A DNA stretch of 64,000 nucleotides from Mobula hypostoma (taxonomy: Eukaryota), in contig NC_086097.1 in assembly GCF_963921235.1 (NCBI RefSeq), forward strand, positions 241,554,001 to 241,618,000. The letters run 5' to 3'. Each line of letters begins with the position of its first letter. The stretch's first letter is position 1. Positions 12,062 through 25,425 of this stretch are shown in pieces. A program made the translations under genes and the position numbers. The notes under the pieces were generated by a model that worked only from the letters and a program-made list of their open reading frames with translations, was not told the DNA's origin and made no database searches.

Positions 12062-12098
12062 CAGTCGACGTTTCAGGCCGAGACCCTTCGTCAGGACA
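12062..12098 (-). ncRNA. Minimal hammerhead motif in the PLE 3' repeat
   Basis: gtc-CTGACGA-agg-gtctcgg-cct-GAAAC-GTC-gac. Confidence 0.7.
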
Positions 12099-12391
12099 AA
12101 CTGAAGGAAGAGTGAGTAAGGGATTTGAAAGTTGGAGGGGGAGGGGGAGATGCAAAATGATAGGAGAAGACAGGAGGGGGAGGGATGGAGCCGAGAGCTG
12201 GACAGGTGATAGGCAAAAGGGGATACGAGAGGATCATGGGACAGGAGATCTGGGAAGAAAGACAAGGGGGGGGGACCCAGAGGATGGGCAAGGGGTATAT
12301 TCAGAGGGACAGAGGGAGAAAAAGGAGAGTGAGAGAAAGAATGTGTGTATAAAAATAAGTAACAGATGGGGTACGAGGGGGAGGTAGGGCA

Positions 12392-13719
12392 TTAGCGGAA
12401 GTTAGAGAAGTCGATGTTCATGCCATCAGGTTGGAGGCTACCCAGACGGAATATAAGGTGTTGTTCCTCCAACCTGAGTGTGGCTTCATCTTTACAGTAG
12501 AGGAGGCTGTGGATAGACATGTCAGAATGGGAATAGGATGTGGAATTAAAGTGTGTGGCCACTGAGAGATCCCGCTTTCTCTGGCGGACAGAGCGTAGAT
12601 GTTCAGCAAAGCGGTCTCCCAGTCTGCGTCGGGTCTCACCAATATATAAAAGGCCACATCGGGAGCACCGGACGCAGTATTTCACCCCAGCCGACTCACA
12701 GGTGAAGTGTTGCCTCACCTGGCAGGACTGTTTGGGGCCCTGAATGGTGGTAAGGGAGGAAGTGTAAGGGCATGTGTAGCACTTGTTCCGCTTACACGGA
12801 TAAGTGCCAGGAGGGAGATCAGTGGGGAGGGATGGGGGGGACGAATGGACAAGGGAGTTGCGTAGGAAGCAATCCCTGCGGAATGCAGAGAGAGGGGGGG
12901 AGGGAAAGATGTGCTTAGTGGTGGGATCCCGTTGGAGGTGGCGGAAGTTACGGAGAATAATATGTTGGACCCGGAGGCTAGTTGGGTGGTAGGTGAGGAC
13001 CAGGGGAACTCTATTCCTAGTGGGGTGGCGGGAGGATGGAGTGAGAGCAGATGTACGTGAAATGGGGGAGATGCGTTTAAGAGCAGAGTTGATAGTGGAG
13101 GAAGGGAAGCCCCTTTCTTTAAAAAAGGAAGACATCTCCCTCGTCCTAGAATGAAAAGCCTCATCCTGAGAGCAGATGCAGCGGAGACAGAGGAATTGTG
13201 AGAAGGGGAATAGTCCAGATAGCTGTGAGAGTCAGTAGGCTTATAGTAGACATCAGTGGATAAGCTGTCTCCAGAGACAGAGACAGAAAGATCCAGAAAG
13301 GGGAGGGAGGTGTCGGAAATGGACCAGGTAAACTTGAGGGCAGGGTGAAAGTTGGAGGCAAAGTTAATAAAGTCAACGAGCTCTGCATGCGTGCAGGAAG
13401 CAGCGCCAATGCAGTCGTCGATGTAGCGAAGGAAAAGTGGGGGACAGATACCAGAATAGGCACGGAACATAGATTGTTCCACAAACCCAACAAAAAGGCA
13501 GGCATAGCTAGGACCCATACGGGTGCCCATAGTTACACCTTTAGTTTGGAGGAAATGGGAGGAGCCAAAGGAGAAATTATTAAGAGTAAGGACTAATTCC
13601 GCTAGACGGAGCAGAGTGGTGGTAGAGGGGAACTGATTAGGTCTGGAATCCAAAAAGAAGCGTAGAGCTTTGAGACCTTCCTGATGGGGGATGGAAGTAT
13701 ATAAGGACTGGACATCCAT
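12392..13719 (-). pseudogene. PLE reverse transcriptase plus GIY-YIG endonuclease, frameshifted near 13200
   Basis: ORFs 12715-13719 (RT) and 12392-13135 (linker and endonuclease) lie in different frames. Confidence 0.9.
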
Positions 13720-14548
13720 GGTGAAAATAAAGCAGTGGGGGCCAGGGAACTTAAAATCATCGAAAAGTTTAAGAGCGCGAGAAGTGTCACGAACATAGGT
13801 CAGAAGGGATCGAACAAGGGGGGATAAAACCGTGTCGAGGTATGCAGAAACGAGTTCGGTGGGGCAGGAGCAAGCTGAGACAATAGGTCTGCCAGGACAG
13901 GCAGGTTTGTGGATCTTGGGTAGGAGGTAGAAACGGGAAGTGCGAGGTGTGGGAACTATAAGGTTGGTAGCAGTGGATGGGAGATCCCCTGAGCGGATAA
14001 AGTCGGTGATGGTGTGGGAGACAATGGCCTGGTGCTCCTTAGTGGGGTCACGATCGAGGGGTAAATAAGAGGAGGTATCCGCGAGTTGTCGCTGTGCCTC
14101 GGCAAGATAGAGGTCAGTACGCCAGACTACAACAGCACCCCCCCTATCGGCGGGTTTAATAATAAGGTTAGGATTAGTGCGGAGGGAGTGGAGAGCAGAG
14201 CGTTCCGAAGGAGTGAGGTTGGAATGGGGACAAGGTGCGGTGAAGTCGAGACGGTTGATGTCCCGTCGGCAGTTAGCGATAAAGAGATCCAGAGCAGGCA
14301 GAAGACCAGAGCGGGGTGTCCATGAAGAAGAGGAGGGTTGAAGACGGGAGAAGGGGTCATCGGTGGGGGTGGAAGAGTCCTTGCTGAAGAAGTAGGCTCG
14401 GAGACGGAGACGGCGGAAGAAAAGTCCGCATCATGGCGAACACAGAACTTGCTGAGGTGTGGGCGAAGGGGGACAAAGGTGAGACCCTTACTGAGGCTCT
14501 GCCTCCGACAATTGAAGGTCGGAGGGGATGGTAAAGACCCGGCACGGA

Positions 14549-14974
14549 TGAGAGCTGGGATCAGAGGGGGGAGGGGGGAGGCTGGGGGTGTCAGTGGAGA
14601 GGGGAGGGTTGGAGTGAGAGGAAGATGGAGCCTCTGAGGGCCCAGGAGCTGACGATGGGATCTGAAGGAGACGAGGTTGCAGAGTATGGGTGGGGGAAGG
14701 GGAGACGGGAGTCACAATAGCAGCACATAAAGACCCGGCCTGGAGTTCAAGGCTGGAATCTTGAGAGCTGGGATCAGAGGGGGGAGGGAGGAGGCTGGGG
14801 GTGTCAATGGAGAGGGGAGGGTTGGGGTGAGAGGAAGATGAAGCCTCTGAGTACCCAGGAGTTGACGGTGGGATCTGAGGAAGACGGGGCTGCGGAGTGG
14901 TGGTGGGGGAAGGGGAGACGGGAGTCACAATAGCAGCACATAAAGACCCGGCCTGGAGTTCAAGGCTGGAGTCG
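14549..14974. repeat. 2 x 213-bp tandem duplication in the PLE 5' coding region
   Basis: tgagagctgggatcagagggggg starts at 14549 and 14762; Pro/Ser-rich on minus. Confidence 0.85.
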
Positions 14975-15247
14975 CAGTTGGTAGTTGCGCAATCACTTTG
15001 AATGTCTCCATGGTCGTTGCTGGAGTCCGGGTTTTGAATATGCCCTGAGGTGTTGGAGCCGGTGAGATCAATGGCAGAGGCCGCAATCTGAAGTTCATGC
15101 CTGCTAGTTTCATGGCCAGCAGGCTCTGGAGTCCATAGATGTAGGATCTTGCATGAACATCAATTTCTCTAACATCCGGTAATTTCCCCCCAGCCTCCCC
15201 GCTTCCCTCTTCAGCTATTTCCCACTCTGGCTCCCCTCTTACCTCTT

Positions 15248-16405
15248 AGCAAACGTAAAGCACACGGTATTGGGGGTAAGGTATCGATGTGGATAGAGAA
15301 TTGGTTGGCAGACAGGAAGCAAAGAGTGGGAATAAACGGGACCTTTTCAGAATGGTAGGCAGTGACTAGTGGGGTACCGCAAGGCTCAGTGTTGGGACCC
15401 CAGTTGTTTACAATATATATTAATGACTTGGATGAGGGAATTAAATGCAGCATCTCCAAGTTTGCGAATGACACGAAGCTTGCGAATGAAACTAGCAGTG
15501 TTAGCTGTGAGAAGGATGCTAAGAGGATGCAGGGTGACTTGGATAGGTTAGCTGAGTGGCAAATTCATGGATGCAATTTAATGTGGATAAATGTGAAGTT
15601 ATCCACTTTGGTGGCAAAAATAGGAAAACAGATTATTATCTGAATGGTGGCCGATTAGGAAAAGGGGAGGTGCAACGAGACCTGGGTGTCATTATACACC
15701 AGTCATTGAAAGTGGGCATGCAGGTACAGCAGGCAGTGAAAAAGGCGAATGGTATGCTAGCACTTATAGCAAGAGGATTCGAGTACAGGAGCAGGGAGGT
15801 ACTACTGCAGTTGTACAAGGCCTTGGTGAGACCACACCTGGAGTATTGTGTGCAGTTTTGGTCCCCTAATCTGAGGAAAGACATTCTTGCCATAGAGGGA
15901 GTACAAAGAAGGTTCACCAGATTGATTCCTGGGATGGCAGGACTTTCATATGATGAAAGACTGGATGAACTAGGCTTATACTCGTTGGAATTTAGAAGAT
16001 TGAGGGGGGAATCTGATTGAAATGTATAAAATCCTAAAGGGATTGGACAGGCTAGATGCAGGAAGATTGTTCCCGATGTTGGGGAAGTCCAGAACGAGGG
16101 GTCACAGTTTGAGGATAAAGGGGAAGCCTTTTAGGACTGAGATTAGGAAAAACTTCTTCACACAGAGAGTGGTGAATCTGTGGAATTCTCTGCCACAGGA
16201 AATAGTTGAGGCCAGTTCATTGGCTATATTTAAGAGGGAGTTAGATATGGCCCTTGTGGCTAAAGGGATCGGGGGTATGGAGGGAAGGCTGGTACAGGGT
16301 TCTGAGTTGGATGATCAGCCATGATCATACTGAATGGCGGTGCAGGCTCGAAGGGCCGAATGGCCTACTCCTGCACCTATTTTCTATGTTTCTATGTTTC
16401 TATGT
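15248..16405 (+). mobile_element. CR1 3' fragment inserted in an older PLE repeat
   Basis: [26 protein letters not shown]; (tttctatg)n tail; PLE-repeat sequence on both sides (15164-15247, 16406-16742). Confidence 0.92.
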
Positions 16406-17249
16406 TTCCCATCTGCCTATCCCTCCTCCTTCCCTTTCTCCCATGACCTGCTCTCCTGTCCTATCAGATTCCTTTTTCTCCAGCCCTTTCCCTTTTCCAC
16501 CTATCACCTCCCAGCCTCATTTCCCCTCCCCCTGGCTTCTCCAATCACCTTCTAGCTTGTACTCCTTCCTTTCCCCATCTTCTTATTCTGGCTTCTTCCT
16601 TTACAGTCCTGATGAAGGGTCTCACAATGAAATGTCGACTATATCTTCATTTCCAAAGATTCTGCCTGACCTGCTCAGTTCCTCCAGCATTTTGTGTGTG
16701 TTACTCTGGATTTCCAGCATCTGCAGAATGTCTTGTGTTTATGATAGTTCCTATCTCCATGGAATCTAGGACCAGGCCAGTAATAAAGTCATAGTGTCAT
16801 AGAAAAGTACAGCACAGAAACAGGCCTCTTGGACCTTCTAGTCCATGCCGAACCATTTAAACTGCCTACTCCCAACGACCCGCACCAGGACCATAGCCCT
16901 CCATATCCCTACTGTTTATGTACCTGCCCAAACTTCTCTTAAACATTGAAATCGAGCTTGTATGATAAGTTATAGGCGATAACATTTTTTGATAGAGATG
17001 AGGAGGAATATCTTTACTCAAAAGTTAGGTAAGTTTGCAACTTTCTAACCGGGACAGGTGTGGAAGCTCAGACATTGAAAGGGATCTGGGAATTAATAGA
17101 ACAGAAGGAAATGAGGACAGAACTGGAGAAGGCTTCACGTGGAAGATTGGTTGTGAATGATGAACCAGTATTGAAACATGGCCTGTTCCTGCTCCAACTA
17201 CTTATGTATGTTCTTGTGGTTCTGGAGTGGTACACGGAAACTGTAAGCT

Positions 17250-18525
17250 TGCAAATTTAGCCCCCCTACTTGGAGAAAGGAGGAAGAACTCCAAATCTGA
17301 ACGGTTACGACTGACATGTGTTGTGTAGCAGTACAGTGCGTGAGGGTGTCTCTGGGGGAACACTTTCTCAGCAATGTATCAAGGAACCCCTGAAAGCGAA
17401 AGACCCTATTCCTGAAGGCTTAGTAGGACCACGCTCCAGTGTGTCGCTACGGATAGAGGGAATATACGCTAAAGCCACACTCGACACCAGGTCGCAGGTC
17501 ACGTTACTGTACTGTTCGTTTTACAACCGGTATCTGAAGCATTTACCCTTGACACCATTCAGGGCACTGGAGATTTGGGGTATCGCTGCTGGTGATTATC
17601 CATACGACGGTTATTTGTCAGTGAAGTTGGAGTTCTCGGAGGCCGATGTGGGAGTGTCTGAGGTCCTGGATACACTAGTGTTGGTTTGTCCGGACCCTGT
17701 TGAGGTGGGTGGAGTTTCAATTCTGGTGGGGACCAACACCCCTCTTGTGAGGAGGCTCATGAGGGCTTGCAAGGAGAGGGCCAGCGAGAGCTTTCTGGGG
17801 ACAATGTCCGTGCACCCGGTGTTTTGAGCTGCTTTTGAGGAAGTGCGTGGCTGCATTAGGCCGGGATACCGAATTTAGACGAGGGACTGTGTGGTTCACC
17901 CAGTCGAAGCCAATGGTAGTACGGCCCGGGGAAGTAGCGAGACTGATGGGGACACCCAAGTTTTCTGGAGTGTCTGAGGGTGAGGCCCTCTTAGTGGACG
18001 CTCCAGATGACCACAGGGAGAGTCAGGATTTCCTGCTGGGGTACTGGTGAGGCCCGAATTGCTGAAGCCTTCAGTTGTACAGAAGAGGGGGATGTGTGTC
18101 TGGGAGCCGAGAATTCAGGGTCTTTTGCCCGAGAGAGATGAGGAGAGAAGTCGCGAACAGAGAGAGTTGGTAGACCACCGAATGGAGTGGACTTGTAGCG
18201 AGGGTCCGAAGGGCAGCGACGATCGGAGGAGGTCGATGGTGGACGAACGGCCTTATTAGTGAGATCCAACCTTGTGCTTTAGATTGTTTCATGTGAATAG
18301 GCCCTTTTCTTTTTTGTTGTTTCTTTACTAACCATACAGTCAAATTAAGAATTATGAAGCTCAATCATTTCATTACTTATTATGTACTGTTTGTTATTTC
18401 ATGGTACTGATTTGTAACAGGGGACACATCGTGCAGCGTCCACCCAAACGAAATTGCTTAAGTTTGCCAGGCCAGAGGGGGCTATCATCCCCTATATTAA
18501 GCCGCTGGCCGAACTGAGAGTTACA
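17250..18525 (+). mobile_element. Gypsy fragment (protease region joined to an LTR 3' part), related to 1624-10662
   Basis: IPEGLVGPRSSVSLRIEGIYAKATLDTRSQVTLL..YPYDGYLSVKLE parallels 7100-7770; ends gagagTTACA. Confidence 0.8.
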
Positions 18526-18921
18526 AGTGCAATACATAAAAAATTCTATAGGTTACAATAAGATTGAAAGATTTAAAATACATTTATTATCAAGGTATGC
18601 ATGCAATATACAACCCTGAAATCTGTCTTCCTGCAGACTGTCATGAAACAAAGAAGAAACCTGGAACCAAACCATTGAAAGAAAAACATCAAAGCCCCTC
18701 CCCTCCCCCACCCCCACACACTAAAACATTATGCAGATATCAACAAAAATTGAGCAGAAACACAGAATATAAAACGCAAAATCAAAACGCATAATTCAGT
18801 GCAGTGTTCATTACCTGCAGGCTACCCCGATTCAAAAATCACCCAAAAGTAGCAACAAAAAAGAACAACCACAACTCGCACTAGAAAACAGAACACATTA
18901 TAAACCTGAATGAGTCCCAAT

Positions 18922-19160
18922 GGCATCAGTGCCGGCCTCCGGAGCGAAGGCTCCCGAGTTCGAATCCAAGTCGGGCCACCCCCGAGCACACTTTCCATCC
19001 GTGCCGGGTTGAGCGTCGAGCTAGCCACTCGGCCTCATAAAAAAAAAGGGTCGAGTCGGGAACGTTCATATCGTGACCCGTTTAATCCGAAAGGAGACTA
19101 ATCCCGACACCACGCACCAGACAAGAATGGCTGACTGTCTGGTGCGACGCGCTAAAAAAA
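18922..19160 (+). mobile_element. tRNA-derived SINE, CpG-rich, A-tailed
   Basis: B box gagttcgaatcc (~18956-18967); A tail; 9-bp TSD agtcccaat (18913-18921, 19161-19169). Confidence 0.8.
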
Positions 19161-19819
19161 AGTCCCAATCTACGATCCACATCAATTAAACCTCGCTCCA
19201 GTACCAACCAACAGCATGGAGGGAGAGAGATTTCACTCGAATGCAAGGACTTCCCTCAGGAGCAGCGTGCAAGAGAGAGCGAGAGACCACCGCACGTAGA
19301 CACCTTCTCCATTGTCTTTTCCAATAGGAAATCTAAATAATGCAAAAAGAGGGTAATATGATGAGGAAGTGGAACTTCCTCAGTGGGACTAGGCAGAAAA
19401 TGGTTCGGCACAGCCAAGAAGGGCCAAAAGGCCTATTTCTGTGCTGTAGTTTCTGTGGTTTCTATGGTAAGTGTTCATGTGTTCATGGACCATTCAGAAA
19501 TCTGAAGGCGGTGGGGAAGAAGCTGTTTTTAAAATGTAGAGTGTGCATCTTCAAGCTCCTATACCTCCTCCTTGATGCTGGTAGAAGGATTCTGATGAAG
19601 TGTCTCAGACCGAAATATCAACTGTTCGTTTCCCTCCATCGGTGAGTCCTGCCAGCATTCTGGGTGTGTTGTTACGAAAAAAAAACAATGGCACTAGAGT
19701 TAGCCTGACATCAGTAGTACAGAAAATGGTGGAATCCTACATTCATGAAGTGGTAATTGTGCATTTAGAAAACAATAATATAACTGTGAATACATATTCA
19801 TGAATTGAAAGCTGTGTTT

Positions 19820-21120
19820 TCTGATAAAACTGATAATTTAATAATTAAACATATTCTGAGGATCTGGATACAATTTAGAAAACATTTTGGTTTATTGAGA
19901 TTTTCCCGTTCTAGTCCCATTTATTCTAATTTTTTTTAGACCCTCCATGACTGATTTAGTTTTTAAAGAATGGGACAGGTTGGGTATTAAATGTTTTTAT
20001 GATCTGTTTGTTGGAGGAAATCCTTTCTCATTTGAGCAACTGTCAGCTAAATGTAGCTTACCCAAAACTCACTTTTTTAGATATCTACAAATCAGAGACT
20101 TTCTAAGATCTCAATTATGCACATCTCCTATAAGCTCAGATAAGAACTTATTAGACGTAATTTTTAATTTGACACCTTTTCATAATGGTCCAATATCTAA
20201 TATTTATGGTATTTTACTGGAGATGAGAAATATTCCTTTAGACAAAATTAAGAATCTCTAGGAACAAGATTTACAGACATCAATATCTGAGGAAACTTGG
20301 AATTAAATTTTTAAACTGGTTAATACTTCACCGTTATGTGCTCGCCATTCCTTCTTACAATTTAAGGTACATAGAGTTCATATGACTAAGGATAAGCTAT
20401 CTTGTTTTATTCAGATATATCTCCCTACTGTGACAGATGTAATAATCCACATGTTTTGGATTTGTCTGTGTCTTGAAAAATATTGGAAGGAAGTTTTTCA
20501 AACTTTTTCTTTACTTTTCAAAGTCAATTTTAAGCCTTATTCCTCTGACGGCCCTATTCAGTGTTGTTGCAGGACAAGATATCAAGCTGAAGACATCTGA
20601 TTTACATATTTTGGCCTTTAGCTCTCTTATAGCTAGGAGGGCACTTTTGTTTAAATGGAAAGACGTTTCTCCTCCTACTCATGCTCAATGGTTATACGAC
20701 ATTATGTCATGCTTAGATTTAGAGAAGATTCATTGTTCAATTTCTGAATCTTGTCAAGACTTTCAAACATTGTGGGGACCCTTTCTGAATTATTTTCAAA
20801 ACTTTCAGAACCCTCAATTCGTTATTTATATTGAAATGTTGGCTATTATTAATTTTTATTATACGAGAAGGTATTTTACCTTTTTATCTCCTTAATAAAC
20901 AGCTTCGGTCTTGGTAGGGGTTAGACACTTTTTTTGTAATAAATTAGTATATTTCAATACAACTTTGACTAACCTACATGAATACGGGGTAATGAGATTG
21001 TTATTATGAATAGATATCATGTAATTGGTAGTTTTTTTTAATTTTTATATGTTTTTTAATACTTTCTTGTACTCTGTATTCTTCTATGTAGAAACTAATA
21101 AAAATACTGAAAGAGAAAAA
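19820..21120 (+). mobile_element. L1-clade LINE 3' fragment
   Basis: WDRLGIKCFYDLF..SFEQLSAKCSLPKTHFFRYLQIR; HMFWIC..YWKEV; ARRALLFKWK..LEKI; AATAAA near 21097. Confidence 0.85.
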
Positions 21121-21867
21121 TAAAGTTCATTAAAGTGAGACAGCAGCAGCAAAGGTAGTTCATCACTGAGGAGCCTGTAGTTGCAGGCCACAGCCTCAGT
21201 TCAATGCTGTGATGGATCAACCCTGCAGAACAGCAGGCTGAATGCCAACTTGTCCCTCGCCTCCAGTCCTGACACCCTAATCTTTTCAATCTGGCCCTGT
21301 GCCAAAATCTGCAAAACGTCGGCTCATTCTTCCCTCTCGGGTCCAGGCACTGCCGCTGCGATTCTGCCCCACGTCTGTTTGTGCAAAGGCCGACTATTGG
21401 CTCATTCCTCCCTCTTGAGTCTGGGTCACACTGCACCCGTGCAACTGCACTGCACCTTTCAGACTCCAGTTCACCAAATCGCCCAGAACACTGTAAAATG
21501 CCAAGTCATACAGGCAGTTCAAAAGCACAGCTCCAAAATAACAGTTTTAAGCTATTGATTGCAGAGATCATTGTTCATAAAAAGTGTGATGAATGGAGTA
21601 GTTATTAGTTTTATATGCTGCCAGTAAGGCGTCACTGTGTCTCACCTACGCTATCTTAAATCAGAACCAAAATCAAAAGGGCTAAACTTGTTAACGTGGC
21701 ATAGATTAACATTGAAAAAATAACTTAACTTGCCAGAAAAAGGTGACAACATATAATTAGAGTGCACATTAATGTACAGGTATGAATTGAGTACTGATTT
21801 GTGGACAGTCAATGGAGAACTGGAATGAGCGTGCATTTTTGGCATGAGAATGCAAGTTGTGAGATGT

Positions 21868-22565
21868 TATGTGTCCACAGATCTCTGAAAGTTTCCTCAC
21901 AGGTGGATAGGGTAGTTAAGACAGCTTATGGGATGTTAGCTTTCATAAGTTGAGGAATAGAGTTTAAGAGTCGCGATGTAATGATGCAGCTCTATAGAAC
22001 TCTGGTTAGGCCACACTTAGAGTACTGTGTCCAGTTCTGGTCACCTCACTATAGGAAGGATGTGGAAGCATTGGAAAGGGTACAGAGGAGATTTACCAGG
22101 ATGCTGCCTGGTTTAGAAAGTATGCATTATGATCAGAGATTAAGGGAGCTAGGGCTTTACTCTTTGGAGAGAAGGAGGATGAGAAGAGACATGATAGAGG
22201 TAAACAAGACATTAAGAGGAATAGATAGAGTGGATAGCCAGCACCTCTTCCCCAGGGGCACCACTGCTCAATACAAAAGGACATGGCTTTAAGGTAAGGG
22301 GTGGGAAGTTCAAGGAGGATATTAGAGGAAGGTTTTTTGCTCAGAGAGTGGTTGGTGCGTGGAATGCACTGCTTGAGTCAGTGGTGGAGGAAGATACACT
22401 AGTGAAGTTTAAGAGACTACTAGACAGGAATATGGAGGAATTTAAGGTGGGAGGTTATATGGGAGGCAGGGTTTGAGGGTCGGCACAACATTGTGGGCCG
22501 AAGGGCCTGTACTGTGCTGTACTATTCTATTTTCTATGTCTATGTTCTATGTTCTATGCTCTATG
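21868..22565 (+). mobile_element. CR1 3' fragment
   Basis: Near-identical to 5117-5809; (ctatgtt)n tail. Confidence 0.92.
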
Positions 22566-22880
22566 TATAGGAATCTGTACTTAGGCCCAACTGTTCACAA
22601 TCCAGACTATAAGGCCATATGACATAGGAGCACGATTAGGCCATTCGGACCATTGAATCTACTCTGCCATTCCATCATGGCTGATTTATAACCCCTCTCA
22701 ACCCAACTCTCTTGCCTTCTCTCTGTAACTGTTGAAGAACTGGTCAAACTCTGTTTTAAATGTACCAAATGACTTGGGCTCCACAGTCACCTGTGGCAAA
22801 CAAATTCCAAAGATGCACTACCCTCTGGCTAAAGCATCTCCTCTTCATCTCTGTTCTAAACAGACGACCTTCTATTCTGA

Positions 22881-23755
22881 GTGGGCAGAGCTACAATGGT
22901 GCTCGACAGCAACTTCTTCAAGCTCATCTGTGGAAACAGCTTAATTTCTTCCTTTAATATCTCTCTTTTTCCTTTTCAAGGTGGATTGGTTTCTGTCGAA
23001 GACCCTGACCTGGAGCTATACTTAAACTCCAGTTCTTTATGGTGATGCGATCCACTCCCGCGGGCTCACTGATCAGCCATTTTTCGATATCCCAAGGACA
23101 CGGCCCAGAAGGCGAGCAGGCCTTCAGGGATTCTGGGGACGAGCCGATCCTCTACCAGTGCCACCAACTGAAGCGTCGCAGGAGAAAATAGAACATTGGA
23201 AACAACAGGTCAGCTGTCAGAGGCTCTGTACTCGGATCACGTTCTCTCTCTCTCTCTCTCTCTCTCGTTGGTGGGGGAGATTTTATTGCCAACTCTCAAG
23301 TCAGAGAACTCAAAATAAAAGTGACATGGCAGACTTTAACACAGTAAATCAGAAAGTTGTTTGTCTTTATTAACCTCCCCTCTCACTGTGAAAGGGTGAC
23401 TCCCCTCTGTCCCTATATTAAAGAGCGTGTGTGGTATGTCGAATTGTCAGGTGAATGATAGCTTTTGTAGTACTGCAGATCATGGTCTTTCTTGGGGGCT
23501 TCGCTATTGCTAGCTTGGTGGGTGGAGGGTGCTGCCGCTTTTTTTGTCGAAGTAAGTGGGGGAGGGGGAGAGTCATCGCACTTCTGCTGTTTGAGTGTGG
23601 GGGGTGAGTGGGGGGGTTGGGGTTCTAGCTTTTTTACTGTCACATTCTTTGAGGCACTCTATTTTTGTGGATGTCTGCAAGAATAAGAACTTCAGGTTGT
23701 ATATTGTGTACATCCTCAGATATGAAATGGAACTATTGAACTATTGAAATATTGA
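22881..23755 (+). mobile_element. Unclassified non-coding retroposon with (tgaacta)n tail, splitting a minus-strand CR1 end (22610-22880, 23756-23970)
   Basis: 3' part recurs at ~28335-28645 and more distantly ~38200-38615; host CR1 resumes after the tail. Confidence 0.55.
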
Positions 23756-24409
23756 GAGTGTGCCCTCTGATCCTAAACATTCCCACTATAGGAAACATCC
23801 TCTTCACATTCACTCTATCTAGGCATTTCACTATTCAATAGGTTTCAATGAGATTCCCCCCCATTCTTCTAAACTCCAGCAGATACAGGCTCAGAGCCAT
23901 CAAATGTTCCTGCATTAACCCTTTCATTCCCAGAATCATTCTCATGAACCTCCTCTGGACTTTCTCCAATTAGTCTCCCGGTGATGATGTGGAAGTGCAC
24001 TGCAGTCTATCTACAAAGCTCGGTGACTGTGTGGACAGTGAGGAGCATGCAAAGACATTTCAGAGGGTAAGAGTCAGGCAAGTGAATGGCCAGGAAACAC
24101 AGCAGATGGAAAATGGCAGAAAATGTGAGGTTGTCTCTTTTGGTAGAAATACAGAATATTTTTTAATGCACTGAGAGATTAAAGAGGTTGGAATTCAGAA
24201 GGACCATGTATGTGGATAAAATAACACTTAGGAAGGTGAAAAATATGTATGTCTTAGCTGTAAGAGGATTTGAGTGCAAGGGAGGACTTCTTCCAGTTAA
24301 TAGGGGCTTAATATGGTACAGCATCTGGAATATTATGTGCAGGTCTGGTCTCTCCCTCAGAAAGGATATACTTTTTAGAAGAAAGTGTACCAAAGGTTCA
24401 GCAGATTAA

Positions 24410-25075
24410 GGTAATACACACAAAATGCTGGAGGAACTCAGCAGGCCAGGCAGCGTCCATGGAAAAGAGTAAAGAGTCGACGTTTCAGGCTGAGACCCTT
24501 CATCAGGACTGGAAGAAGGGATGAGAGGCCGGAGCAAGAGGGTGGTGGGAGGGCATGAAGCAGTGCAAGGTGGTAGGTGATAGGTGAAACCGGGAGAGGG
24601 GTGAAACAAAAAGCTGGGAAGTCAATCGGCGAAACAGATAAAGGGCTGGAGAAAGGAAAATTTAATAGGCGACGACAAAGGTAATGGAAGAAAGGGAAGG
24701 GGGAGGAGCACCAGAGTGGGGATATGAGGAAGAAGGGAGATAAAGTGAGGGAAAAAGCGGGATCTCACGGTGGCCACCCATTTCAATTCTACTGCCCATT
24801 CCCATTCTGACACGTCAGTCCATGGCCTCCTCTACTGCCACAATGAGGCCACACTCAGGTTGGAGAAGCAACACCTTATACCCCGTCTGGGTAGCCTCCA
24901 AACTGATAGCATGAACATCGATTTCTCGAACTTCTGGTATTTCCCCCCGCCCTCACCATTCACATTCCCGTTACCCTCTCTCACCTCATCTCCTTACTGG
25001 CTGCCTGGCCTGCTGAGTTCCTCCAGCACTTTGTGTATATTACTTTGATTTCCAGCAAATGCAGATTTTCTTTTC
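24410..25075. mobile_element. PLE terminal repeat in inverted arrangement with GIY-YIG C-terminus; hammerhead motif at 24475-24511 (minus)
   Basis: ATHFNSTAHSHSD..LGSLQTDSMNIDFSNF on plus; cagtc-CTGATGA..GAAACGTC-gact on minus. Confidence 0.8.
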
Positions 25076-25129
25076 TTTGTGGTTCACTAGATTAATTTCT
25101 AGGATGGTAGGTTTATCAACTGAGAGCCA

Positions 25130-25425
25130 GATCTACACAGGCAGGCACCTCCCAGCTAACAAGAATCACTTGCCACTCCCTTCCAATTCATCACCGGCAA
25201 CCTATTTAAACCCAGCTCTCATCTACAGTCCTTGTTTACCCATCGAACCAGCCAGCCTCAACCATTTGGTCCTAGCCTTCAGTTACCTTGTTGACTTGTT
25301 GTGTAAAATATCTCTCCTGTCTTGTTCTGCCCCTCATGGCCTGTTATTTTGCAGTTTATTATTAAGAGTGATCACCCACTGCTAAATCGCCTCCACTTCT
25401 CTGCACTTGGGTCAGTCCCCCTGAC
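25130..25425 (+). mobile_element. LTR fragment
   Basis: TATA-like tatttaaa; 3' end ctgcacttgggtc..TGACA resembling the end of 39581-39997. Confidence 0.5.

Larger units (their letters stand above)
12000..15150 (-). mobile_element. Penelope-like element (Neptune type), near full length
   Basis: PLE RT motifs DVQSLYTSIP, GTRMGPSYA, RYIDD; Cys linker CKRNKCYTC; GIY-YIG VKYCVRCSRCGLLYIGET..RFAEH; 13-bp TSD gcatgaacatcaa (11987-11999, 15151-15163). Confidence 0.93.

Noticed and set aside
12392..13719. Bacterial retron, group II intron or homing endonuclease system
   Set aside because: RT motifs, Cys linker, C-terminal GIY-YIG and terminal repeat are those of a Penelope-like element.
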